Source: Eledone cirrhosa (Eukaryota). From it: a DNA stretch of 64,000 bases. The stretch is from the NCBI GenBank assembly GCA_964016885.1, contig OZ024740.1:394382001-394446000 (forward strand), in the 5' to 3' direction. Both the position numbers and the translations under genes were made by a program. Below the pieces are notes generated by a model that ran no database searches, had not been told where the DNA came from, and saw only the letters and a program-made list of their open reading frames with translations. This document shows positions 26,120 to 39,585 of this stretch, one piece after another. Numbering within the stretch: the first letter of the stretch is position 1; every line of letters begins with the position of its first letter.

Positions 26120-26273
26120 TGTCTGTGAATTATATACACTGGTCTTAGACTTAGAAAACCATCCTGTTCTAACACAAGTTTTATGATATGTTATATAATT
26201 GTATAACGGTTTGAAGATACGTTAATTTGTTAACGACAGCAACAGTTGACTGATAAAATGACAAGTCAGTCAA

Positions 26274-26585
26274 TCATATTGGTAACCTCCCCACAGCCCC
26301 AGCGGACAGAATGTAGAAGGCGTTTCCCTGGAGGACGGCAAGGGAGACGCGCTGGAAAAGCCATTCCAACTCGCGAAGCTCACACCTGCGGCTGGCCAGT
26401 GCAGCGCCTATGGTGGTGGGTAGGGAGGTAGCCCTAGGGCCGAGCACACCAGAAGTCTCCACTGCCAAGGGTACGTCCGCAAACCTTTCGGAGAGCGACC
26501 GGTAATTGGAGAGTTTGGCCTCTTTAGCCCGACGTGCAGCTGAACCTGGGTTAGTCGCAGACTGCACCAGGTTGCAGCTGGCTAC
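26274..26585 (-). pseudogene. C-terminal restriction-like endonuclease fragment of a CRE-like non-LTR element
   Basis: EAKLSNY...VPLAVETSGVLG...LFQRVSLAVLQGNA. Confidence 0.7.
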
Positions 26586-26675
26586 ATATGACTTAATATT
26601 CAGTCACCAAATTGTACCTAGATACAGTAATGCTATATCCAATTCTTTGAATTTCATTCTAATAATTTTAGTCAA

Positions 26676-26732
<57 letters not shown>

Positions 26733-27899
26733 CACTCTCTCTCTCTCGCTATCTCATTCTTCCTTTTTCTTTCTCCGTCTCCTTTGCTCTCTCTCTCTCT
26801 ATATATGTATATCTTTCAATCTACTCTCTCACATCCACTATCTCTTTTTCTCTATCTTTCTCTATCTCTCTCTCTCTTTCTATTTAAGAAGGTACCTGGA
26901 AAACCCCATATCTTGGGAACCCGTGCTCCGATTTACACGAAACTTGTTTTATTCCATTTGTATTCCCATTTGAGGGGCAACTTTCTTTCAAAGTATTTTC
27001 CTATCATGCGCTGTTTGGGCTGTATTAAATTACAAACAAGCACACAAACACAGAGTATTAGTAGTATATAGAGGAACAGTACTTGACTCATTTAGTCACT
27101 TTAGCCACATGCCTTCTATCAACATTTATTTCATTTCGTTATAGACTTTCTCCTCCTATTTCTTTTTCTAGACGCATTTATTCTAAGTTCTGCTATAACC
27201 GTTTTTTATGGGTTTTTTTCCCCTGATGAATGACTTAAAAACGTCTCAATTATCGTCTCTTCACCACATACGAACTATTCCAAATTTGTAAACTTTACTA
27301 AGTAGTTTTAGCAAAGCAATCCACTACTAATTTCCTCATACTCTGTTTATAGACTTATCAGCACAAGGTATTTATATCTTTTTATAATATCGAAGTCGTG
27401 CATTGTCAGAAGGATTGAATTCTTCACATGATGTAGTTTCCTTACTCTTCGTCCTCCCAGAGCGCTAACTATCCTTTATCTACCCTGAGTCAATACCATA
27501 GGTAGCGTGCATACAATGGGGCGAAATTCATTTTACATACGCATAGTCTTGTTGCTAATGATAGAAATCACACTTCGGCCCTTTTCGTTTGCTAGGAAAA
27601 TGTTTTAAATATATTCAGTTTGCAATTTCCAGCTGAATGAATAAACAGGTGAAACTATTTTTATTTTTGAAATTAGTTCCTATTCCTTTCTTTCACACTT
27701 GTCTTTCTGTTTTTACATCTAATTTCATTCCGTATTTCTCGCACGTTTCTACAATATTTCCCTCATCCGCTTCCTTTCTTGCTAGCTACCGTTCTTTCTT
27801 CCTGCCTATTCTTTTTCTAATTCTTAACTTTTAACAATATTTTTGTCACCCTTTTCATAGCAAAAATGGTCGAGACGATCTTGTGACGCTAAACTCCGC

Positions 27900-28610
27900 C
27901 AGTTGCAGACTGCGCATTAACATGTGATATCTCTCTCCATAAAGTTCGATCACCAGCAGCAGAGTTCAAAGAGCAAAGATCAAGTCCAGTCCATAAGTTG
28001 ACATTATCAAGCCATCGTTTTGGCTGCCGACCTCTGCTTCTCTTACCAGCCAACCTTCATTCCAGGCATAATCTACTCACACCACGAGTTGATCTTCTTA
28101 TATGGCCATATAGTATGAGTCATTTTGACTTGACAATTGATGTAATTGGTCTAAGTTTGGTAATGTTGAGCAGCTCACTGATACAAATGCTCGAGGCGAT
28201 ATATACTACAAAATCATCCTACCTTTCGAATGTGCACAAATTTTTACAGGCATTGCATTTTATGGATGGCAAAGAAAGGTAACTGAAATCACGAGTTCAC
28301 TGTTTCATGTAGGTGTTAGAGAGTGGGATATTTCTCTTCTGTATGAAAATGAGGCATATCTTCCGTGGTCACTCGATCTAGTAGATGAAACAGCAAAATG
28401 TCTATCACAACACAGTCTAAAAGAAGGCAACATTTGATAATGCAATCCTAGATACACACATTATGTCTAAAGATACATTTGGATAGTCAAGGCTAGAACT
28501 CTTGTGATCATATGCCAGGATTGATTTGTAGTTACAAAAAACACCAATATTATGGAATTCTTTTATTTTCTGCCGCCATCTTTTCCATCTATCCCACATT
28601 TCCATGACTC
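27900..28610 (-). pseudogene. Old RTE/BovB-like 3' fragment
   Basis: Residual LYGHIRR and GKRSRGRQPKRWLDN motifs on the minus strand. Confidence 0.65.
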
Positions 28611-29917
28611 ATACTAGTATTCACTTTTAAATTGTGTTTTTATTTCATATTTTCCTCTCACCAAGGAGTCTCATCTACGAAGATTAAAGTCAATTGAAGC
28701 TAAAGAAACTTCTTAAACGAGAAAGTAAAACGGAAAATTCAAGTCTACACATAACAACTACAAACGGGACACACACATATATGTACACACAGCGTATATG
28801 CATATATATGTATGCCCATATATAGACATACGTGTATATATGTGTTTGTGTATATATATATGTATGCATCTGTGTTCATGCGTATGTATGTATGTGTGTG
28901 TGTATGTATGTGTATGTATGTGTATGTATCTGTATGTATGCGTATGTATGTGTATATGCGTATGTAAATATTTCCTCGTGACCAGCATTTTTTCAAATCC
29001 ATTATATAGGCTGCAATAAAAACAGAACAGGAAATAGCTACAGAGAAGTTTATTTGCAGCTAAAATCACTCTCCTTCATTTTCAACACTGTCACGTCGGG
29101 CGATATTTTGGATGTCTGAGCGTAAATGGGAAGCATAATATCTAAACATAGCGAGATACCTAAGTTGAAATTTAAATGGAAAATTTTCAGACTTTAGTAA
29201 GTAATGGAGATACAGATTGTAGAAGTGGTATAATGTTGGTGATGTTATAAGTAGTGCTACTGATGTTGCTTGGTGTCTTTTTTTAACATTGTTTTGGGAA
29301 GAAAATAAATAATGACTGTGGTGATAGTAAATATGGTAGAATTCCGGACAAGTGGCATGCAACATATAATTATTTCCCTTTGTACACAGATTTCAAATCC
29401 TACTACGATAGATTTCATCTCTCATTTCAAATAAAATAATTACATGCAACATATTCATCCCTAAATTGTGAGGCGGTCACAGGCAGCTGGGGAAGGTCTA
29501 TATAATTGGCTCAGTATTTAACTGAGATTTTATTCTATTGACTACACAATGATGGGAACCAAAGATTCTCATGCTAGGATTTGAACTTTGACAGTAAATA
29601 CCCTAATTAAGAACTGTAAAGAATTTTGTTCGACGCTTTAACGATTCTTCCAATCATCCGCCCTAATGCAATTCATTAAGATCAATTTGCTTGATTAAAT
29701 GACGGTAAACGCTTCATTAGAGGGTCGGATTGAATACCTTGTAGTATTTCTACCGGATCTCTGCGCCCTGTGTTCAAATCCTTCCGAGGTCAACTTTGCC
29801 TTTTATTCTTCCAGAGTCGATTCTTTCACCTTCCTTATAATCGGTCAATTTGTACACCTCTTTTCCAATACATACATACATACATACATACATGCATACA
29901 TACATATATATATATAT

Positions 29918-30200
29918 AGCCGAATAGTTAAGAAGTTGGTTTCAAAATCATTAGGTCCCGGGTTCGATCCTTCGATCTTTGGGCAGTGTTGATATATGCC
30001 TTTAGAGTGAAATTGGATTGATGGAATGTGATTCAAAAAGCTAGCCTTGTCACGCTAAATATCCCTAAGAATTTTGCAAGGGTTCACACGTCTATAGAAT
30101 ACTCAGCCACTAGCATGTTTGTTTCATGGAAAAGCTGTCTTTTTTTTTTTTTTTCGAACAAGTGGAACACCTATCGCCTAAGCTAAAGCAGGTCCAACAC
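29918..30200 (+). mobile_element. Decayed tRNA-derived SINE of a second family
   Basis: A-box-like TAGCCGAATAG and B-box GGTTCGATCC at tRNA-like spacing; no full cloverleaf. Confidence 0.5.
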
Positions 30201-31499
30201 GTACCTACATACAAATGCAGATGGGAATATTTATAAACGTTGCTGTAGATTTAGATACAAAATAAGGAAAAAGGAATAATTTTATTTTGAAAATTGTTTT
30301 CATTTTTATTTAAACATTAATGAGAGGCTTCCCTCACCATCTACATATATGTTTCTGCATACATTCTTCAACAGATTAGCTTTGTGAGTTCTTCACAATT
30401 CCTTTAATATATGAGCAAATTTTAAGTACTTTTTTCTTGATTTTCCTTATATGCAAAAATCTTTGACATTGCTTTTAATCCAAGCATGTAATTATGTTAA
30501 GAAATCTAGTTAACCCTTCAATGAATTTAAATTTTAAAATATCAAAAAAATAATGTTTATTTCTTATTTCCAGAATGATGACTGAGAAGACCGACGTCAC
30601 CAAATTTTATATCACCAGAATGCAGACTACAGTTTTTTTTAGTCTTTATCGAATTTTAGTTATAAAAGCATACATATGTATATATATATATATATATGCT
30701 CATACGCACACACCTACATACTTCATGTACATATATAGATGTAATACATAAATATACATAAGCAAGTTTTAATTTCTTTGAATGTAGATTGTAACTTGAG
30801 TTACAGTCTAATGACAGTGTAAAAAACCGTATCACTAAACTGTAAAATCTATTCAATGTTTAATTTCCACAAGAGGAGGCAAAACCATCGCATTTTACAT
30901 ATTTTTCGTGTCTAATGTTAAAGAAGCCATTGTATAACGAATGTAATAATCTCAGAAAATGTCGATACTTATTTTCCCAGTTGATACTAATCACTATATA
31001 CATGCAAGCTGGTCAATTAAAAAAATTGTACTGATTTTTTCAGATCAAAAGTACTTTGGTTTTGTGTTTTACTTCCTGTTTCACATTAAATTTTATTATT
31101 TCAATCTAGATAATTTCAAAGCGGATTGCAATCAATAATTCTTAACAAATCAGAAAAATCGGATACAACTACAAAGATTGGAAATTTTGCCGATGTAAAG
31201 ATGTTTCATACGGAGAATAAACGTTGTAAGGTAACCTCACTTGCAAACACTGCAAATCCATATAACATTTCGCGTGTTCTAGTTTAACAAAACGTATGCA
31301 TAACACGTTATAATATGGCTCTTTGGTAAGTTCCAAGTTAGTCATAATTGAATTTATTTATGATCAAAAGCATTGAAACTGTCCTATGTGTTACTACATT
31401 ATCACACACTGCTGAGTTGCAAACATATCAACAGTTTCTACGTGGTTGCTAGATCACATAGAAACATCTACCGTTTTTTCAGGCATTGCAATTTGGATT

Positions 31500-31680
31500 A
31501 GTGGATTGGCAGTATCGGTAGAGAGTCGTATGCAGAATAGAGTTACGCCATTTTACAGTCTGAGTTCAAATCCCGCCGAGGTTAACTTTGCCTTTCATCC
31601 TTACGGGGTCGATAAAATAAAGTACCACTAATGCACTGGGATAATTGCTGGCCTTGTGCCAAAAGTAGAAGCAATTATTT
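31500..31680 (+). mobile_element. tRNA-derived SINE (main family)
   Basis: TGGCAGTATCGG ... GAGTTCAAATCC ... conserved core. Confidence 0.85.
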
Positions 31681-33131
31681 ATGTTCTCTCCTTTTTAACA
31701 CAGAGTAGTGTTCATTAGAGGAACATCTGGCTGCTATTTCCAGGTTTATTAACCACGTGGAAGCTCCTTTGTTCATAAAAAGTTTGAGGGCTGGAGATAA
31801 CTGCGATAATCATTCATATAACTACATTACATGATACAATATTCTGCTCTACTTGTCAACCCGTCATGTTCAACATAGAAATAGCTGTCAATAACATAAT
31901 AACCCAATTCAGTTGTCTACTCATATCGAAAAAATTGTTCTTCCGCTTAGTCAAACGAAATCAATATTTCATTATAAAATGTTATATTTTTTTAAAAGTA
32001 TTGTTTTCCTGTATATCATGTCACTAAACAAACCACATTTCTTTAATGCATTTCGTCAAATGATATTTTCGAAGTCTTATTTTGTTAACAGTTTCGTCAA
32101 AATGTCTGAAGTTGCTCGTTTATCTTTTAATCATGTCAGAATTTGCAAATACATTTTTAAAATATTTTTCTTTGTGTTTGGGATATTTCTTGCTAAAATA
32201 TTAAAACAGCAAATGTTATTGTAATTATTTATATTATTTTTGTTTTAATTTCTATCATAAATATTTTTATTTCAAGTGAAGGTCAATTTTATTTGGAAAC
32301 TTTGCTCTTCCTACTTTATTTCATATTAATATAAACATAAACTGGTCCAGCGGATCGTAAAATAGTTACGCTTGCGTTCCAGCATCAAATGAAAGCATCT
32401 CTGTTTTAGCTGTATAAACAATTTACGTAATTATGGCTGAAATTCTTTGAAGCACATAAAAGTTTGTTTAAAATATTTGAATTTTTAGATATTTGCTTCA
32501 ATGTTTTCTTCGATTTAAATGTTATAACAGTGAATAATTAAATCTCTGCAAAACATAATATGAATTATTATATAAATAAGTTACTGACATTTCTCTACAT
32601 GATCAAAGGCGTATATATGATATTCAAACATACATATATATCTACGAATGTGTCAGTGCATGTATGCATGTGTCGTGGTATTCTGTGTTTCATTATAATT
32701 CCTATGTTACTACGAAACCTATTGTTGAAGCGGTGAGTTTCCATCAATTACATTGATTCACAGTATGTCACAAGTATGCTATATAAACTATATCAATATC
32801 TAAAAAGATGTAAAGTAAACCCGAGCATGAGATCAAATCTGACAGGAATCTTATCCGACATATTGTCTGCTCGTTGAGTTGAAAACACGTCCGCCATGCC
32901 ATCTTTACCTGTTATCAGGTCAGACTAGTTAATAAAGTATGAGTCGAGAAATGGTATAGGTTCTTAATTTCCCTTTCACAATCATTCTTTCAGTCTCGCA
33001 CCCCTCACCAATTCTGGAAGAAATCGAATGAGGCTACAAAGCGTTTAATGAGGTTACGCTACGACAAAAGTTGAAAGGTGTATATAACTATATATAAATG
33101 TGTGTAGATAAATATATGCCTATGTATATAT

Positions 33132-33168
<37 letters not shown>

Positions 33169-33178
33169 CTCTCTCTCA

Positions 33179-33348
<170 letters not shown>

Positions 33349-33442
33349 TTATATATATATGCATATATACATATATATCCGCATATATATTTATATCTAT
33401 ATATATATATATATGCTTATATAAATCCGTATATCAATATGT

Positions 33443-33481
<39 letters not shown>

Positions 33482-33485
33482 CATG

Positions 33486-33593
<108 letters not shown>

Positions 33594-33973
33594 TACATAC
33601 ATTTGAGTTTGCATAAGCACTTAAACCTGTTTAACTAGTGGTCATAACTTTGACAATGATGTCAGTTGTTGGCAGGTGTCAAAAACTTATTTCCGCACTA
33701 GAGTTTGATTGCATATATATATATATTGCATTAGTAAGCATAATACATATATATTGATACGCATATACATATTTGCATAAGCAAATCTTCTGAGTGTCTA
33801 TCGATGATAGAGAATAATTAAACCGACTACGTTGAATCTTTTTCTGTACAAGCTCAAAATACTCACACACATTCACCCCCACAAACACACGAATACACAC
33901 AAATACTCATATGCACACATTCAGACACACTAACATATTGATGTATGTATTCACGAGTGTGTATGAGTGTGCA

Positions 33974-34033
<60 letters not shown>

Positions 34034-34052
34034 ATGTGTGTGTCTGTGTGCT

Positions 34053-34088
<36 letters not shown>

Positions 34089-34097
34089 TGGGTGTGT

Positions 34098-34182
<85 letters not shown>

Positions 34183-34499
34183 ATATATATATAAACATAC
34201 ACAAATACATACATACACACACATACTTACATGATTTGTGGATGACCTCTATGCCCATAAAATAATTAAGATGAATAAAAAGCTTGACCTGGTTACAACG
34301 TTCTGGTTCAAAGTTATAGGAATAGAATTTGGTCAGGATAATTGCTCATATATGATTGTAAAGTGGGGAAACTATAAGCCAATCTAGCAACATTTCTGTC
34401 AATGTTTTCACCAATATGTGACGAGAACGTCTACAGATACGTAAGTATAGATTAAAATATATCATACAATAGTATTTGTAACAAGGAACCCGTAAACAG

Positions 34500-35470
34500 G
34501 GAATATAACATCCGAATAAGAAAAATATGGTTTTCAAATTTCTCTTTGAAGGACATGCTTTTGCACTCCAAATACAGAAAATAACTACAAAATACATGAT
34601 TCACAGAAGAGATAGGAATGCATGCACAACACCTAGATGTGACAACAGATGCAGATTCTGCGGAAATAACATCGATGGTATCACCTATGTCATAAGCAGC
34701 TGTTTAAAGATGTCATCACGGTATTATCCACCCATGAGGAATGATGTATTGGCCAAAACACTATACAATGCAATCCGTAGAAAAGGTAGCCTCGCCAATA
34801 AACATATAATAAGTTGCAGCAATCTGGAGGACATATACACATATAAAATAAGACAGTATTGTTGGAATATTCCAGTCAAAACCCCAATAAAATTCTAGAC
34901 CAGCTATAGTGATATGGAACAGAGAAAAGAAGGCATGAACAGTAGTAGAAGTTAGCTGCTCAGCAGATGTGAATATAATGCTAAATAACAGTGAAATGTA
35001 AAACAGTTCTGCTGAAGTAATGAGAAATCAGTAGATACTCCCCTTTGACTATATTAATTGCCTCAGTCCAAATCCTGAGAAGCTGGGCTTCGTAGAACCA
35101 GTCAGAGCATGGCTAGTTAAGAAGTTGCATGCACAGTCCACTGTAAATATAAGGAAAACAATTCAGAAATTCTTCATGAAATAACTGTATATACACATGT
35201 ATAGACACAGAAACATATGCACGTGTACACATAAACTCAATACCAGCAGATTCACGCATGTAATAACATCCATACGTTCACACATACACACACATACACA
35301 CACACGCACATATACACACACACACGAACACACAAACATACATAAACACATACAGACATGCATATATATCTATCTAGTTTGTGTTAAATTCCAATGAACC
35401 ATTCTTGTGCTATGTTAGAAACCGGCTCTCTCTCTCTCTATTGGTGGAAATTTATAAAATCTGAGGAATA
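34500..35470 (+). pseudogene. 3' fragment of an R4/Dong-clade non-LTR element (zinc knuckle + restriction-like endonuclease)
   Basis: FALQIQKITTK...CRFCG...ISSC...RNDVLAK...WNIPVKT; decayed; 3' UTR shared with 36125-36855. Confidence 0.75.
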
Positions 35471-35589
35471 TACATACATAAATACACACATATATAATTA
35501 CATACATACACGCATACACACATATCCATACATACACACATACACACATACGTATATACACACATACACACATACGTACATACATACAT

Positions 35590-36006
35590 AGACACATAGT
35601 GGCTGCCAACTCGTTTTCGAGTACGGCCACTACTTTATATCCGTGTAGGAGAACCCCTACCGATGGGCTGAACGAGTGTGACTTTTTAGTCCAGCCAGCG
35701 ACTTAAAAACTCTGGTACAGGCACTACACTTGTGACAATTATTGACACATAGTGCTGGGCCCATGGTACCATGTGACGACAAGTGCAGAGAGATCTCCAG
35801 ATGTGAAGCAATGCCTGTGCCGTGAAGCTTTTATAGTGAGCAAAGGCACTGCACAAAGCCAGTCCCACTCTCTTAACCAAGATGATATTTACCAAAAAGA
35901 AGAACAAGTCAACATCATTGGATACCATCAGGGTTGCAGGTGTTATATCAGAGTTTTCCTTCTCCTAGAATTCTGCCTTGACAAAGGCTAAGGGGTCATC
36001 TCTCCC
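35590..36006 (-). mobile_element. Short non-autonomous, probably RTE-derived element between (CATA)n tracts
   Basis: Minus 5' end CCTTAGCCTTTGTCAAGGCAGAATTCTAGGAGAAGGAAAACTCTGA resembles RTE 5' UTR motifs (from recall); the element ends in (TATG)n. Confidence 0.45.
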
Positions 36007-36124
36007 GCATACATACAAACATACAAACATACATACATACATACATACATACATACATACATACATACATACATACATACATACATACATACATACATAC
36101 ATACATACATACATACATACATAC

Positions 36125-36855
36125 CCGATAATAAACACATTAAAAGCTACAGCAATGTGGAAGACATACATATACATAATATGAAAGAGTACTGGTGGAA
36201 TGTTCCAGTAAAAACCCCAATAAAATGCAGGCATAACAGACCAGATATAATGATATGGGACAGGGAAAAGAAGGCATGCACAGTAATGGAAGTTAGCAGT
36301 CCAGCAGATGCCAATATAATATCAAAGATTAGCGAAAAGGAGAATATTTATGCAGAACTAATGAGAAATCTGGAGATACTCCACCCTGACTATACCTTCA
36401 GATTTATGCCTATGATTATTGGGGCACTGGGATATGTTAGTATCTGTCTCAATACAAATCTTGAGAAAGAACACAACTAGTTAGGAAATTACAAGAAACA
36501 GAAAGAACACAACTATTTAGGAAATTACAAGTACAGTAAAAATATGTAAAAATATGTAAAAATATGTAAAAATATGTAAAACAGTAAAAATATGTAAAAC
36601 ATTCCAAACATTTTGCATCTAATAACTGCATATACATATGTACAGATACAAAGCGTATGCACATGCACACATACAATTCAAAACATACACATACAATAAC
36701 ATCCATACCTGCACACACATGCATGCATGCACACATGCATACATATCTACTTAGTTGATGTGTAAATTCCAATGAGAGAGTATTGTATCTATGTTAGAAA
36801 CCGACTCTCTCTCTATTGGCAAAAAATTTGTGAAATTATAAAACCAGAAGAACAT
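36125..36855 (+). pseudogene. Second R4/Dong-clade 3' fragment
   Basis: YWWNVPVKT...HNRPDIMIWD...VMEVSSPAD...EKENIY...PMIIGALG (PD..E endonuclease). Confidence 0.85.
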
Positions 36856-37401
36856 ACATACGCGCTATTATGTCTAATACACACTTCATTGATGAAATGT
36901 AAATTATCTTCAAAACAAATAACACGCAGTGTTGCACAATTGGCTATAAGGGGAGATTATCTGTTATAATCCCTTATTTTAGTCTTTAATAATTCATTTC
37001 ATAAAACAAATTGAAAATGTTATGTATGTTGTTGTACGCTGACCATCAACATACTCTCTAGATTTATGTTCTGTTCTTCAACTGATGAATTAGAAATTAA
37101 GTATATCACTGAACATGGTAACAGAGCAGGTTCGAGTCACATAGGTATTAACGACCATTACATCAGATTGTAGAGGCGAGCTCATGACGAATTTCAAGAT
37201 ATAAAAAAGTTTAAAAAATAAATAGAAAAGGATGTATTGAAATGTACACACTGAAGAAAGATGGCCCCCATTAGTGCATTGATTACTGGTATTAGTATCT
37301 ATACTAGAGCTCCACTGGAAGGTCCCGTAGAAATGATTCAAAAGTCTTGAATCGAACAAAAAATGTAATTCATAGAGAAAACCGTTGTTCTATTCACTTT
37401 T

Positions 37402-37527
37402 CTTAGATATACATTATGGAAAGTACCATATTGCCTGCTCTATGATCTAAGCTTTAATGTCTAACTTAGATATACATTATGGAGAGTACCATATTGCCTG
37501 CTCTATGATCTAAGCTTTAATGTCTAA
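37402..37527. repeat. 63-bp tandem duplication
   Basis: CTTAGATATACATTATGG...TTTAATGTCTAA twice, one mismatch. Confidence 0.9.
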
Positions 37528-38447
37528 ACTTAAAATGACTTCCCGGAAGTATTCGTTCTGCAAGAAGAGTTTTTGCTAGGATATTTCCAAAAATAGCGAG
37601 CAGTGATAATACCTCGGTAGATTCCAGGATACATTAATATAATAAAAAGGACCAGACAATTACATTAAGTAAGTTCCTTTGGTATTTGGTCCATACCTAT
37701 AGATTTGCTGTTTCACACTTTCATACTGCCACGTGGAGTTCTTGCAGCGGAATAAAGTATCCAACTGTAGAAAAACAATATAATGTAGAAGACTGCCAAT
37801 GAAACCAGGTGACGCCCTTTATAGAGGGTTTATATTTTGGGAATGTTCTTGACATTTCTATAGTATAGCATCTGTTTAAATTGAAGATTTCCAGCGCCGA
37901 TTTACCTGGTCATTTTCTAATTTTCGAGGGCCAAATGATTTCAAATAAATCCGAAGAAATAATTTTTGTTCGTTTTTAAATCCAAAGAGTTTTATTTATT
38001 TGGTTTTAACCCACAATTGATTCTGCATATTTCTAAATCTGTATAGTGTTTCCGATTTAAGTTCACGATAAACACTATTTTCACATGAATTTAGCGAGAA
38101 GCAAAGTTTCATAAAGAGACCATACAGACATTTAAAACATCGTAGTACTGTGAATTATACGCACGGTAAATATTTATGCACATCAACGCTGTATTGGTAA
38201 TTTGGATATTAATGACCATGAAAACCTTATGTGAATTTCATTATGTTTACAGTAATTTTATTTCCATATTCTATAAGTAACTCTATGCTTTTTAACATCG
38301 GCAGCCGAAAAGAAACCTAAAGTGATCCCTGATGTGTCTTTTATGGAAGACGAAACTATTTGATTCACTCTTCATTTCAAGTAGTTGTTTACCCACGCTG
38401 TGAAAATAAATGCAATATATGTTTATTTAGTATATAGTATATGAATC

Positions 38448-38569
<122 letters not shown>

Positions 38570-38586
38570 TATGTACTTATATATAC

Positions 38587-38633
<47 letters not shown>

Positions 38634-38668
38634 TATGTACATATATATATATACATATATGTATATAT

Positions 38669-38753
<85 letters not shown>

Positions 38754-38924
38754 CATATATATGTACATATATATATATACACATATATGTACATATATAC
38801 ATATATATGCACACATATATCTTCATACACACACACATGTATATATATATATATATATATATATTAAAATAACATTAAAGTTTAAGCAAAGAATCGCTAC
38901 TTATATATATATAAGCAAAGAGTT

Positions 38925-39240
38925 ATTTAATTTGTTGGTTATTCAACAAATTTACTTATAACAGATTCGAAGCACTCTACAAGTTTCTTCTGGAGTATAA
39001 TATCAATAATATTAATAAATGGAAACTATATTTATAAAACCATATTTATTTTATTATATATATTTCAAGGGTACCAAAATGTTTGGATATGTCACTATCT
39101 ATAAAACACCTTTTGTATTTTATCTGATGAGAGCGTACCAAAAATGTTGGTACTCTTGAAATATATATAATGAAATATATATAATAAAATAAATATAGTT
39201 TTATAAAGATAGTTTCCATTTATTAATATTATTGAGATAT
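38925..39240. mobile_element. Fold-back pLTR remnant of the AT-rich hammerhead family
   Basis: About 39000-39085 is inverted against about 39130-39240; homologous to 43462-43900 and 47660-47880. Confidence 0.7.
39116..39177 (+). ncRNA. Type I hammerhead ribozyme
   Basis: TATTTTAT-CTGATGA-GAGCGTACCAA-AAATG-TTGGTACTCTT-GAAA-TATATA-TA^ATGAAATA. Confidence 0.75.
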
Positions 39241-39502
39241 ATATATATATATATATATAATCAGATTGTATATGCTTTAGATATTCTAAAATCCGTGTCA
39301 TGTAAAGCAACAATTTCTCTAAAGAAATATTTAACGAAAAAATATAATTTTACCCGCAAAATTGTCGAAGCAGGACAGCTATTACAGCTAAAAGGAAAAC
39401 GTAAGGTTATGAACTCCATGTGGTTTAGCTATAATTTGTTTAGAGTTTAATAGCTATTAATGAGAAGACATATGAAGCTAGAGACAACTTACAAAGTCCT
39501 TA

Positions 39503-39581
<79 letters not shown>

Positions 39582-39585
<4 letters not shown>

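Noticed and set aside
27220-27250. CTGATGA...AAAACGTC as a hammerhead (also CTGATGA at 17872, 37082 and in satellite variants)
   Set aside because: The GAAA box or the stems are missing.
30560-30640. Possible host exon after TTCTTATTTCCAG
   Set aside because: No clear donor and no recognisable peptide; cannot be supported without RNA data.
37540-37800. Very old LINE RT remnant on the minus strand (ELHVAV...GMDQIPKEL)
   Set aside because: Needs frameshifts, and the match is too short to call.
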